DNA of 24,000 nt from Mycoplasma testudineum (GCF_002245785.1 NZ_NNCE01000001.1:65365-89364), one strand, 5' to 3'. Positions 11,037 to 19,916 are shown, counted from the first letter of the stretch. Translations and numbers: made by a program. The notes: generated from the letters alone by a model not told the origin.

Positions 11037-11073
11037 AAAATTGTTTAATGAGATAATAAAACAAAGAGGTTTT

Positions 11074-11898
11074 ATGAAAAGAAAATACTACAATAATAAA
11101 GATTATTTTTTGGATTTGAATACTAAAAAACTAACTTTATCTGAAGAATTACACAAAAAATTATTAAATAATCAAATGGGATTCAATAAAGGTTTTAAAA
11201 AAATAACTGCTTCAAGAGCTTCGAATGTTTTGGCATTAGGACATTTTGATTCACCCTTTGCTGCTTTTTGTGATATTTCATATATTGGTTTACCAATGCT
11301 TGATACAAAATACGTAGATGCTGGAATAGCAATTGAACCCAAGGTTTTAGATGCTTTAAAAAGTCACTTCAAAAATTATACTTTTGAAACATATGATCAA
11401 AAAGAATATAACTTTGATTACTTTGCTGATAAGGATACCGTTATAGGTGGAACACCAGATGCTTATATTCCTGAAATCAATACAATTATTGAAATTAAAA
11501 CCACGGGTTTTAAAAATTACACTAACTGAACTGATGCTCCTTTAGGATATCAACGACAAGCACAGTTGTATTCATTTTTAAAAGGTAGTAAACAATTTTG
11601 AATTGTTGCAACATTTTTAGAAGAAAGTGATTATAAAAATCCACATGATTTTCCAATTGAAAAAAGAAGAATCAAAACATTTAAGTTTAAATTAGATGAA
11701 GCAATGGTTAAAAACGATATTGCATATATCAAAAAGTGGTATGAAATTTATACACAATCAGGTATCAGCCCAGAATTTGATTTAAATAAAGATGGTGATT
11801 TAATCGAATATTTAAAATGTGAAAATGAAGTTGAATGACAAAAATTAATTGACAAATGGAAAGAGGTCGGAAAAGCTAATGCAATATTCGAAGGATAA
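11074..11898 (+). CDS. YqaJ/lambda-exonuclease-like PD-(D/E)xK nuclease, 274 aa
   Basis: The motif series GIAIE, GGTPDAYI, IIEIKT (D...ExK) and YQRQAQLY matches YqaJ-type viral exonucleases. Three in-frame TGA codons. I chose ATG 11074 (good SD) over the track's TTG 11041. From memory it resembles proteins labelled 'MAGa7180 family putative nuclease' in Mycoplasmopsis genomes (not verified). Confidence 0.75.
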
Positions 11899-12604
11899 AA
11901 TTTTAAAATTTATTCAGTTTAGTAATTATCACCAGTTTAAAAATCCATATTTCACTTGAAATTCATTTGAAAAGTCTGCAATTACGGAAGAAGATTTAGA
12001 CGATTCTGAATCTAACATTGAAGAATTGTTATGGGATTTTGGTGAAGAAAATGATGAGGTTTCATACCGGAGTGTAAGTGATGCAGTAAATGTATTCAAA
12101 TTACATAATGATTCAGCAGTTCAAACATTATGTGAAAACTATCATGATAGTGAAATTGTTTTTATTGACAAAAAAATGGAACCTGAAATTAGGTATAAAA
12201 AAACAATTCAAGCATTTGAAAACGAAAGTGTGAAATTAATAATTAACCCATTCATTTATACGGATAAATATGAATTGAATTTGTTTTTTATTGACAAACA
12301 TCAAAAAGAAATTGGCGCCTTAAAATTTTCTGCCAAAACACTTGCAAAAGATTTTTTAAAAGCATTTTATAATTTATTTTTAATTGACGATCTAGATAAA
12401 ACTTATTTTAGCGATTTAGTTAATTACAATTATTGTATTTTAATTATGGACTATTTAAATTCATTAGAAAAAGGAAAAATTAGTTATAAAAAAACTTACA
12501 CAATCAATATTCAAAAAACATTCGCATTTGATTCTAAAAGAAAAAATGATTTAATCGTAAGCAATTATGTTGATGAACTAATTAAAAAATCAAAATTTAT
12601 ATAA
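11879..12604 (+). CDS. N-terminal (RecB/Cas4-like fold) portion of a DUF2779-type protein, ending at in-frame TAA; 241 aa
   Basis: ATG 11879 lies 20 nt inside the preceding gene. TGA at 11957-11959 read as Trp joins it to ORF-track 12026..12604. The segment LIINPFIYTDKYELNLFFIDKHQKEIGALKFSAKT aligns by eye with the core strands of the nuclease domain preceding DUF2779. It shares a frame with the downstream ORF. Confidence 0.55.
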
Positions 12605-12706
12605 GGTGAGTATGTTTTTAAAAAAAGAGATAATGATATAAAAAATCGCAAAGCAAATTTACCATATTCATATCTAAATTATTCTGTTAAAGAAATATTT
12701 AATAAA

Positions 12707-13816
12707 ATGAAAGATGGCACTTTACATTCTTCAATTAAATATGATAACGAAATTTACAAACTGGTTAGTTTGATTGAAAAACCAATTTATATTTATAATG
12801 AAATTATAAGGCGCAAATCTATAAGCAAATTAGTAATAGATAAATATGATTTAGAAAGCCGGCTATATAATAAATTTAGTGATGTTCCATTTAAAAGTGA
12901 TTTACTCACTTATTTTTATCCAGATGCAAAAAAGTACAATCAAGTAAAGTTTAAATTACATAAATTAGCTTCAGAAGCTGAATGAATTAATTTGAAAAAA
13001 TATATTGAGAAACTAGAAAAAGAATTAAAAGTTGTTGATCAAGAATTAACAAAAACTGAAATTGATAAATATTTAATAAAAGACATTAAATACATATGAT
13101 ACGATTTTGAAACTATATCTTTTCCTTTTTGCGCAATTGATAATTTTGTTCCCTATACAAAAATTCCTTTTCAAGTTTCAATAATTAGAACAATGAACAG
13201 CACACAATTACAAGGTGAAGATGAAGCCGAAAATTTAATAATAGATCCAATTAACATTGATTTAGAACAAATTGCAAAATTTATAGATCGAATCTATTCA
13301 TTTGCAGATTTACAAAATAATTTACCTGCTAGATATATTACATATAATAAGGCATTTGAAAATAGTGTTTTAAGAAGTATTGTTAATATCATGGAAATGA
13401 GTAATTTTTTAAACTATGAAATTTATCAAAAAAAAGTAGAGCAAATTATTGATAATACACTTGATTTAAATGATTTTTTTAAAGAAAGCAAAAGCTTAAT
13501 TTTAATTGGTGAATTGTACTGAAAATCAAGTATCAAATTAGTTGAAAAATTTATAACAAAACATAACTATCCTTTTAAAAATATGATAATTCCATATTCA
13601 TCTTTGGATATTCAAAATGGACTAGTCGCAATGGAAGCTGGGATCAAAAGATATATGGGAAATATAACTGATGAAGTATGAAAAAGTGATTATGAAAAAA
13701 ATTTAAAAACATATTGTGAAAATGATGTTAAAGCAATGTTAATGGTTTTTGAATTAATTAAAGATATATTCAAAAACCAATATCCTGAATTAGGAAATTT
13801 TTCAAATCCATATTAA
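12707..13816 (+). CDS. DUF2779 domain protein (DEDD/RNase-H-like exonuclease-type motifs), C-terminal portion; start uncertain
   Basis: W-YDFETISFPFCAIDNFVPYTKIPFQVS, YNKAFENSVL and YCENDVKAMLMVF form the DUF2779 signature as I recall it. Four TGA=Trp codons join the track pieces 12707, 13193 and the tail to TAA 13814-13816. The first in-frame ATG is 12707, but the frame is open back to the TAA at 12602, and an SD plus ATG at 12612 is one base out of frame (see findings). Confidence 0.7.
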
Positions 13817-13817
13817 T

Positions 13818-13842
13818 AAAAAAACAAAGCCAAACTGGCTTG
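13818..13842 (-). terminator. candidate rho-independent terminator of ftsZ (minus strand)
   Basis: AAGCCA (13827-13832) / TGGCTT (13836-13841) form a stem with a 3-nt loop. On the minus strand it is followed by TTTGTTTTTTT (complement of 13818-13828). Confidence 0.45.
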
Positions 13843-13861
13843 TTATCAAATAATTTTCTAA

Positions 13862-13905
13862 GATAATTAATTTCTTCGAAACATCGAAATTAGTTATCTT
13901 TTTTT
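13862..13905 (+). terminator. candidate rho-independent terminator of the nuclease cassette (plus strand), overlapping the last ftsZ codons
   Basis: Composite hairpin: outer 9 bp (13862-13870 with 13890-13898, one G-U) and inner 5 bp TTCGA/TCGAA (13875-13879 with 13884-13888) around a 4-nt loop, followed by T7 (13899-13905). Confidence 0.5.
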
Positions 13906-15098
13906 GAAAATCAATTTGGCAACTTGCTTTTCTTAGCTTTGTTTAATGTAGTTTCATTGGTTTTGGTTCCAAGGTCAAAATGTGTTGTTTGTAAAATTTT
14001 ACTTGTCAAACTCAATTTTTCAGAAGCTGGTAAAGGATCATCTAAAAGAAATTCTTTTGTTGATTCTTTTTCATATTCAATTTCTAATGTTTTAACCAAC
14101 TCAATAACTTCTGTTTTTTGTTCAACGGAAGTTATTTTTCTACTTGTATCAATTCCTGTGGCAATAACGCTTACGTACATCTCGTCATCATTTGAATCAT
14201 TTATCTTTGTACCAAAAATAATATTTGTGTCTTTACCAGTAGCTTCGGTAATAACTGCAACTGCGGTATTTATCTCCTTTAAGGTAACATTCGAACCACT
14301 AATGTTGATGATTGCATCACTAGCTCCTTTAATTGAATTTTCAATTATAGGACTAGAAATTGCATGAACAGCAGCACTAGCAGCTCTATCTTTACCTGTA
14401 GCTCGACCAATACCAACAATTGCATTACCTTTATTTGCCATTACGGTTTTAACGTCTGCAAAGTCCAAATTTATTCTAGCCGGAACTCCGATAATATCAG
14501 TTAAAGTTTTAACGGTTTGTTTTAAGATGGTATCAGCATAAACAAAACTATCATTTAATGGAACATCACCAAATTGTTCAAGTAATTTATCATTGCTAAT
14601 AGTAATAATTGAATCAACTTTTGATTTTAGTTTATCAATTCCTTCAAGAGCATTATTTTTTCTTTTGTTCCCTTCAAACATGAAAGGAGTAGTCACAATT
14701 GCAACAACTAAGGCACCAGCACTTTTTGCAGCTTCAGCTACAATAGGTGCAGCACCCGTTCCTGTTCCACCACCCATTCCGGCAGTGATAATTACCATAT
14801 CCGAACCTTTAACAACAGCTTTGATTTCTGCAAGACTATTTTGTGCAGCTGCTTCACCTATTTTTGGATCAGCTCCTGCTCCTAGTCCTCTTGCACTATC
14901 TTTATTATCACCTTCGTTACCTAAGTGAATTCTATTTTCAGTTAAAGAATTTTCTAGAGCCTGTTTATCGGTGTTAGCAACATAAAATTCAGCGCCTTGC
15001 AAATTACTCTGAATCATGTTATTAACACTATTAGTCCCTGAACCACCTACACCAATAATCTTAATTGATGCTGTGGGTACAAATTGTTTTTCCTGCAT
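13890..15098 (-). CDS. ftsZ: cell division protein FtsZ, 402 aa
   Basis: IKIIGVGGSGTNSVNNM, GAGADP and GMGGGTGTGAAP are tubulin-signature motifs. The track stop at 13911-13913 is TGA. In code 4 the ORF continues 7 codons (WFSKKDN) to TAA 13890-13892. AAGGAA SD lies upstream. Confidence 0.93.
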
Positions 15099-15107
15099 AT
15101 AGTTCCT

Positions 15108-16307
15108 TTATAAGAAGGTTGTTTTTCTTTTGCTGTAATTTTGGTTGATTAGATATTGTAACGGCATTGTGAATGTGCTTGTATCTAATGAACTTTTTGA
15201 AGTATTACTAATTCGAGATAAAGCTCAAACTGAGTAAAATTTGATTTCATCTAAACCTGGTGTTCGATAATTGGTTTGCAATTCAACTTCTCGATCATCA
15301 AAAATTTTAGATGCAATTTCAAGTGTTTTACCCATAAATGAAATGTTTCCAGAAAAAAATAATTTAATTTTATTTCCGTTTATATCTTTTATACTTTCGC
15401 TTGTTTTTTCTCAAAAACTAGTAATCAACTTAGTGTAGTTATTGATAAAATCTTTTACTGATAAGAGAGGAGAGAAATAATTGATTTCATCTTTTCTTTC
15501 TATTGCTGTTTCTAAAAAATGAGAAAATAAAAAGTGATATTTTTTTGCAGTATCATAATCAAAATCAAATTCATTCATTGTATGTTTTATAAATGAATTT
15601 TCACCAAAATCAAGATACTTTATAATTGTAACATTTCCGTCTTCGCGTTTACTAATATATGTTTTGTTTCGGCCAAAATGTATGTTGATAAAGTCTTCTT
15701 TTAAATCCTTGTTTACAAAAGCATCATTAACTAATTTTGCATATGGATAAATTTTATTAATTTTAAGACCAAGCAATTTAAATTTTTCTTTTAAATTATT
15801 TACTATTGATTTTTCAGCACATGTTATTTTTGCGTGAATTTCAAATTTTTGGTTATCAAAATTAATTTCATCGATAGACTCATATATGTTAATGGTTTCA
15901 TCATAAACATTTAATTCATTAAAATGCAAAGGCACTACATCGATAATGTAGTGATTTTGGTTTACTTTTTCATATTGGCTTGCTATATTTTTGATTAAAG
16001 AAATGATTTTCTTTTTAGAGTTGTAATTCTCGTTTAAAGTTTTAGTTACGCTAAAATCATTTAAAGTTGTTTTTAAAAAATCTGTTTTATAAACAATGTC
16101 TATTTTTTCTAAGCGAGTTCCTATTTTTTCATAGTAATTAACTAAATAAGTTCTAGCTGCTTGAAGACTTGATTCAACATCATCTTTATCAACATAATAT
16201 TCTTTTTCCAAAACAATAGAATCAACATTATCAAAATTGACATAGGTTACAAATCTGTAAGTTGCTATGTCTATTTCAACTAGTGTCTGGTATTTTGGAA
16301 GTCCCAT
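15108..16307 (-). CDS. ftsA: divergent FtsA-like (actin-fold) cell division protein, 399 aa
   Basis: It sits between rsmH and ftsZ. Weak actin-fold phosphate/adenosine motif equivalents: LVEIDIATYRF, INIHFGRNKTYIS, LFFSGNISFMGKTLEIASKIF. The track ORF 15411..16307 was extended through TGA 15411 and 15225 to TAA 15108-15110, checked codon by codon. Confidence 0.6.
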
Positions 16308-16316
16308 ATTTATCCT

Positions 16317-17216
16317 TTAATTTTTTAGTTTGGTTAAAACTCTAAGTTTTGCACTTCGTGAGCGTTTATTGTTTGTAATTTCATCGTTTGTTGGATTATA
16401 AGTTTTTGCTTTGAACTTAGCTTCTTCAATAATTGGTAAGCGAAAGTCATGTTCACGTTGAATCAAATTTTTAAAGAAATCTTTAATTATTTTGTCTTCT
16501 GCAGAATGGAAACTAATAATCATTAATTTACCGCCAACTGGCAGATAATCAATTGCTTTAGTTAAAAATTCTTGCAGAGCAGAAAATTCATCGTTGACTT
16601 CAATTCTTAGTGCTTGAAAAACAGTTTTTGCATGATTTTTTTGACGAACTAGTTTAGCTGGCAATGCTTTTCTAATTAAATCTACAAGTTCTAAAGTTGA
16701 ATTTAATGGTCTGTTTTCTACAATAGCTTTCGCAATTACTTTTGGTAATTTTACATCAGCGTTTTTAGTAAAAATACGGACCAATTCATCTTGAGTTGCA
16801 TTATTAATTATTGAGTGTGCAGTCAAATTTTGTTCTTGATTCATGCGCATGTCCAATGGACCATCTTTGTTATAACTAAAACCTCTATCGGCAAAATCTA
16901 CTTGGACGCTGGAAATTCCTAAATCAGCTAAAAAATAATCAACTTTATCAATTTTTAGTGCTTGTAAGTGAGTGTCAAAATTTCTAAAGTTACTCTTAAA
17001 TACTCGGGCACTTGGATATTGGGCAAGTTTCAATTTGCTATTTTTAATTGCAAAATCATCTTGGTCAAATCCGATTAATTTTAGTTTTTTATTTTTATTT
17101 AATATAGCTGCAGAATGTCCGGCATAACCAATAGTTGCATCAACAAAAATTTTATTAGTTAAACTATCAATTTGGTCAAGGACTTGTTCTAATAGCACGG
17201 GTTTATGAAAATCCAC
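16317..17216 (-). CDS. rsmH: 16S rRNA (cytosine1402-N4)-methyltransferase RsmH (MraW), 299 aa
   Basis: HKPVLLEQVL, FVDATIGYAGHS, DLGISSVQ(VD) and ISFHSAEDKI are typical RsmH motifs. GTG start at 17216, 2 nt after the mraZ stop. Confidence 0.92.
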   Translation of the reverse strand: MDFHKPVLLEQVLDQIDSLTNKIFVDATIGYAGHSAAILNKNKKLKLIGFDQDDFAIKNSKLKLAQYPSARVFKSNFRNFDTHLQALKIDKVDYFLADLGISSVQVDFADRGFSYNKDGPLDMRMNQEQNLTAHSIINNATQDELVRIFTKNADVKLPKVIAKAIVENRPLNSTLELVDLIRKALPAKLVRQKNHAKTVFQALRIEVNDEFSALQEFLTKAIDYLPVGGKLMIISFHSAEDKIIKDFFKNLIQREHDFRLPIIEEAKFKAKTYNPTNDEITNNKRSRSAKLRVLTKLKN

Positions 17217-17218
17217 TA

Positions 17219-17674
17219 TTATTTTTCCTTTGATTTTTCTACTTCGTTTTCAAAAACCGCTTTGGCAGCTTCTGAATAAGCAGAATCATCCATCATTGAA
17301 TCAAATTCTTCTTGTGATTCTGAACTTCAGATTTCAACTTTTGAACCAGCTCCAATGAAAACTACATCTTTTTTGATGGCAGATTTTTTAATAAAGTTTT
17401 CAGGAATTACAAATCTTCCTTTAGCATCAACTTCAACTTCAGAACTTCTTTGGTAAAAAGCTCTTTTAAATTTTGTTGCTGCAGCATCAAGATAATTGCT
17501 TTGGTCTAACTTTTGAGTATAAATTCTAAAATCAGATTCGGTTCACATCTCGATAACATTATCAAAACCTAGAACAATGAAAAAACGGTCACCAAAATTA
17601 TCTTTAAATTTAGCCGGTACACTAACTCTGTAACGGCTATCAAGTGATCTTGGATATGTCCCATAATTTCCCAT
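17219..17674 (-). CDS. mraZ: transcriptional regulator MraZ, 151 aa
   Basis: Two SpoVT/AbrB-like repeats (SLDSRYRVSVPAKF and EVDAKGRFVIPENF). Two TGA=Trp codons. ATG 17674 chosen; an in-frame ATG 12 nt upstream (17686) is an alternative start. TAA at 17219-17221. Confidence 0.9.
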
Positions 17675-17806
17675 TCTATCCCCCATCTATTTTATTTTAT
17701 ATTTTTTTGCCCATAATCAATGAAAAAATGCCTAAAATTTTCAATTATTTTGTTTTTGAGTTAAATAAAAAAATTTCCAAAAGGGGAAATTGGCTAAAGG
17801 ATTAAA

Positions 17807-17812
17807 TATAAT
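17807..17812 (+). promoter_or_regulatory. -10 box (TATAAT) placed for a leaderless transcript of the 17819 gene
   Basis: Perfect TATAAT at 17807-17812. The A of ATG 17819 lies 7 nt after the hexamer and there is no SD in between. Confidence 0.4.
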
Positions 17813-17818
17813 TATTAA

Positions 17819-18409
17819 ATGAAGCAAAAAAAAGTTAATTTGGGGATATCAACCCACGAAATTGCAGTCTTATCTTTATTAATGGCCCTAACTGTAGCCT
17901 TTAGCTTTTTTAGAATCCCAATTGGAACAAGCGGCAATGGGATTTATTTAATTGGAATAATAGTTTTTTTAAGTCCAGTTATTATGAAAAATTTTTGAAC
18001 GCTAGTTCCAGTAGTTTTTGGAGTTTTAATAGCAGATTTAATAGCTGCTTATCCATTTTGATATTTCAGCATTTTAATATATGGAATTTCAGCAATAATT
18101 TTGGTACTTGCGACTAAAATTAAAAAATTAGCCTGATTATTTTATTTTATTGCACTATTTTTTACATTGCTTTTTCAAGTTGGAAGCTATTTTTTAATCA
18201 ACTATTTTGTTTACGGATTAAATACAAGTGTTGTACTTTTACCTTGGGATTTTATTCAAAGCGCTATTATATTTTCGATTATAATTATTTTATATTTACC
18301 AATAAATAAATTGATGGATTTGTTATATAAAGATAAAGCTAATCGATTAGGAAATATAAGTAATAAAAAAGATAGTAAAAATGAGTGAACAAGAACAAAG
18401 CAAAATTAG
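17819..18409 (+). CDS. polytopic membrane protein, possibly an ECF-transporter S component, 196 aa
   Basis: ATG 17819 and four TGA=Trp codons (17996, 18059, 18134, 18386) join to track ORF 18167..18388; TAG at 18407-18409. About 5-6 hydrophobic helices. Size and the N-terminal pattern (STHEIAVLSLLMALTVAFSFFRIP) are reminiscent of S components. The assignment is tentative. Confidence 0.5.
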
Positions 18410-18863
18410 ATATCTGCAAAGAAGAGTTAAACAAGATCATCGTTTAATTAGAGCAGGAACAATTGTATGATCTTTGTGTATTGCTATTTTTATATCTGCA
18501 ATTGTTTCTTTAAGTTTTTATATTTCTGCAGCAGTTAATAGTTACAGTGCAAGTAATAATTCTGTTGTTATAATCGATGGCAGCGATATTAACCCGATTA
18601 ACCTATCTAATTCAAGATTTTATTTATCAATTATTTTTTTTGCCGCTTCAGTTGCTACGAGCATAATATTTTCGTCAGCAGGGGCAATAATTGAAATCAT
18701 AACTTCGGTTAATATTGCTAGATATGAAAAATTTGAAATTAGAGCGTTATTAATTTGAGCAATTTTGTCGATATTTTTCTGATTTTTATTCTTCCCTTGA
18801 ATTCTTTTACATGTTAAATTTAGTAAAATTAGAAAAGAAATATTATCTATTCCACTGGGGTAG
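18381..18863 (+). CDS. hypothetical membrane protein, 160 aa
   Basis: ATG 18381 overlaps the previous gene by 29 nt. TGA=Trp at 18468, 18756, 18780 and 18798; TAG at 18861-18863. Basic N-terminus followed by about 3 hydrophobic segments. No family recognised. Confidence 0.5.
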
Positions 18864-18949
18864 ATTTTTTAATAATTTTAAAGATTAAAAAAATGTCTGT
18901 TTTCTAAAAAATACTTTATTATTTATAAGGAACTTCACTTTTTGTTCAG

Positions 18950-18994
18950 GTTGTCGCGCCCGTTAGCGATGGCAACATTAACTTTAGTGTTAAT
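18950..18994 (+). promoter_or_regulatory. candidate structured 5' leader of the rplM-rpsI operon
   Basis: A GC-rich island (18 of 28 nt G+C at 18949-18976 by my count) in AT-rich DNA. GTTGTCGC (18950-18957) can pair with GCGA-tgg-CAAC (18966-18976). A second hairpin is ATTAAC (18977-18982) / GTTAAT (18989-18994). It lies about 45-90 nt upstream of the rplM ATG. Confidence 0.35.
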
Positions 18995-19040
18995 TATAAT
19001 AAAAGTAAATTATAAAATAATCTAAAAAACAAGGAGCAAT

Positions 19041-19475
19041 ATGCGACAAACCACAATCGTAAAACATCTTGAAGTTGAAAAAAAATGATTCCTTATCGAT
19101 GCCGAAGGGAAAGTACTAGGTAAAGTAGCAGCACAAGTGGCAACTATTTTAAGAGGTAAAAATAAACCAACATTTACTCCAAACGTAGATATGGGTGATA
19201 ATGTAGTTATTATTAATGCGGAAAAAATTATTTTAACTGCAAATAAAGAAGAAGACAAAATGTATTACTCACACTCTGGATACCCTGGAGGATTAAAAGA
19301 AATTAATGCAGCAAAACTAAGAGCTAAAAAACCAATTGCTATTTTAGAAAAAGCTATTAAAGGAATGTTACCACATACAAAATTAGGGCGTAAGCAATTT
19401 ACTAACTTATATGTTTATGCTGGAGACAAACACAAACAAGAAGCACAGTCACCTGTGAAAATAGAGGTTAAATAA
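19041..19475 (+). CDS. rplM: 50S ribosomal protein L13, 144 aa
   Basis: AAGGAG SD at 19031-19036. [47 protein letters not shown] is typical L13. TGA 19086-19088 read as Trp. Confidence 0.95.
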
Positions 19476-19867
19476 TGGCAGATATAATGTATAGAGGATT
19501 AGGTAGAAGAAAAAAATCAGTTGCTAGAGTAATTCTACGTCCTGGTTCAGGAAAATTCGTTATTAATAAACGTGAAGCTAAAGATTACTTAATGAGCGAC
19601 ATTTTAATTAAAGATGCTATGCAACCGATTGTAATTACCGAAGTTGAAAACCAATTCGACATTTTAGTAAATGTTCGTGGTGGAGGTTTATCAGGACAAG
19701 CCGGAGCAATTAGATTAGGAATTGCAAGAGCTTTACTTGAAGCTTCAGCTGACTATAGAGCTAAACTAAAACCTGAAAAAATGCTTACACAAGACGCTCG
19801 TAACAAAGAACGTAAAAAGCCAGGATTACGTAAAGCTAGAAAAGCACGTCAGTTTTCAAAACGTTAA
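19475..19867 (+). CDS. rpsI: 30S ribosomal protein S9, 130 aa
   Basis: [14 protein letters not shown]...[19 protein letters not shown]...[18 protein letters not shown] is typical S9. The start overlaps the rplM stop (TAATG). Confidence 0.95.
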   Translation: MADIMYRGLGRRKKSVARVILRPGSGKFVINKREAKDYLMSDILIKDAMQPIVITEVENQFDILVNVRGGGLSGQAGAIRLGIARALLEASADYRAKLKPEKMLTQDARNKERKKPGLRKARKARQFSKR

Positions 19868-19916
19868 TATTTTATTTAACAAAATCAGCAATTGTAATGT
19901 AAAATTGTTGATGCAT

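Noticed and set aside
11041-11073. TTG start at 11041 proposed by the ORF track for the YqaJ-like nuclease
   Set aside because: ATG 11074 is preceded at the proper distance by AAGAGG. The TTG would fall within a few nt of the predicted -10 box and has no SD.
13924-14928. Two long plus-strand ORFs (13924..14367, 147 aa; 14593..14928, 111 aa) antisense to ftsZ
   Set aside because: They lie entirely inside the strongly supported ftsZ CDS. Their products are low-complexity hydrophobic strings, and they have no SD or promoter. Such ORFs are typical antisense artefacts of a G/A-rich Gly/Ala-coding gene.
17675-17820. MraZ operator repeats in the mraZ upstream region
   Set aside because: I searched both strands for a series of direct repeats of the kind reported for MraZ. 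I found only a weak period-7 AAAGGGG/AAATTGG/CTAAAGG pattern, which is too degenerate to call.
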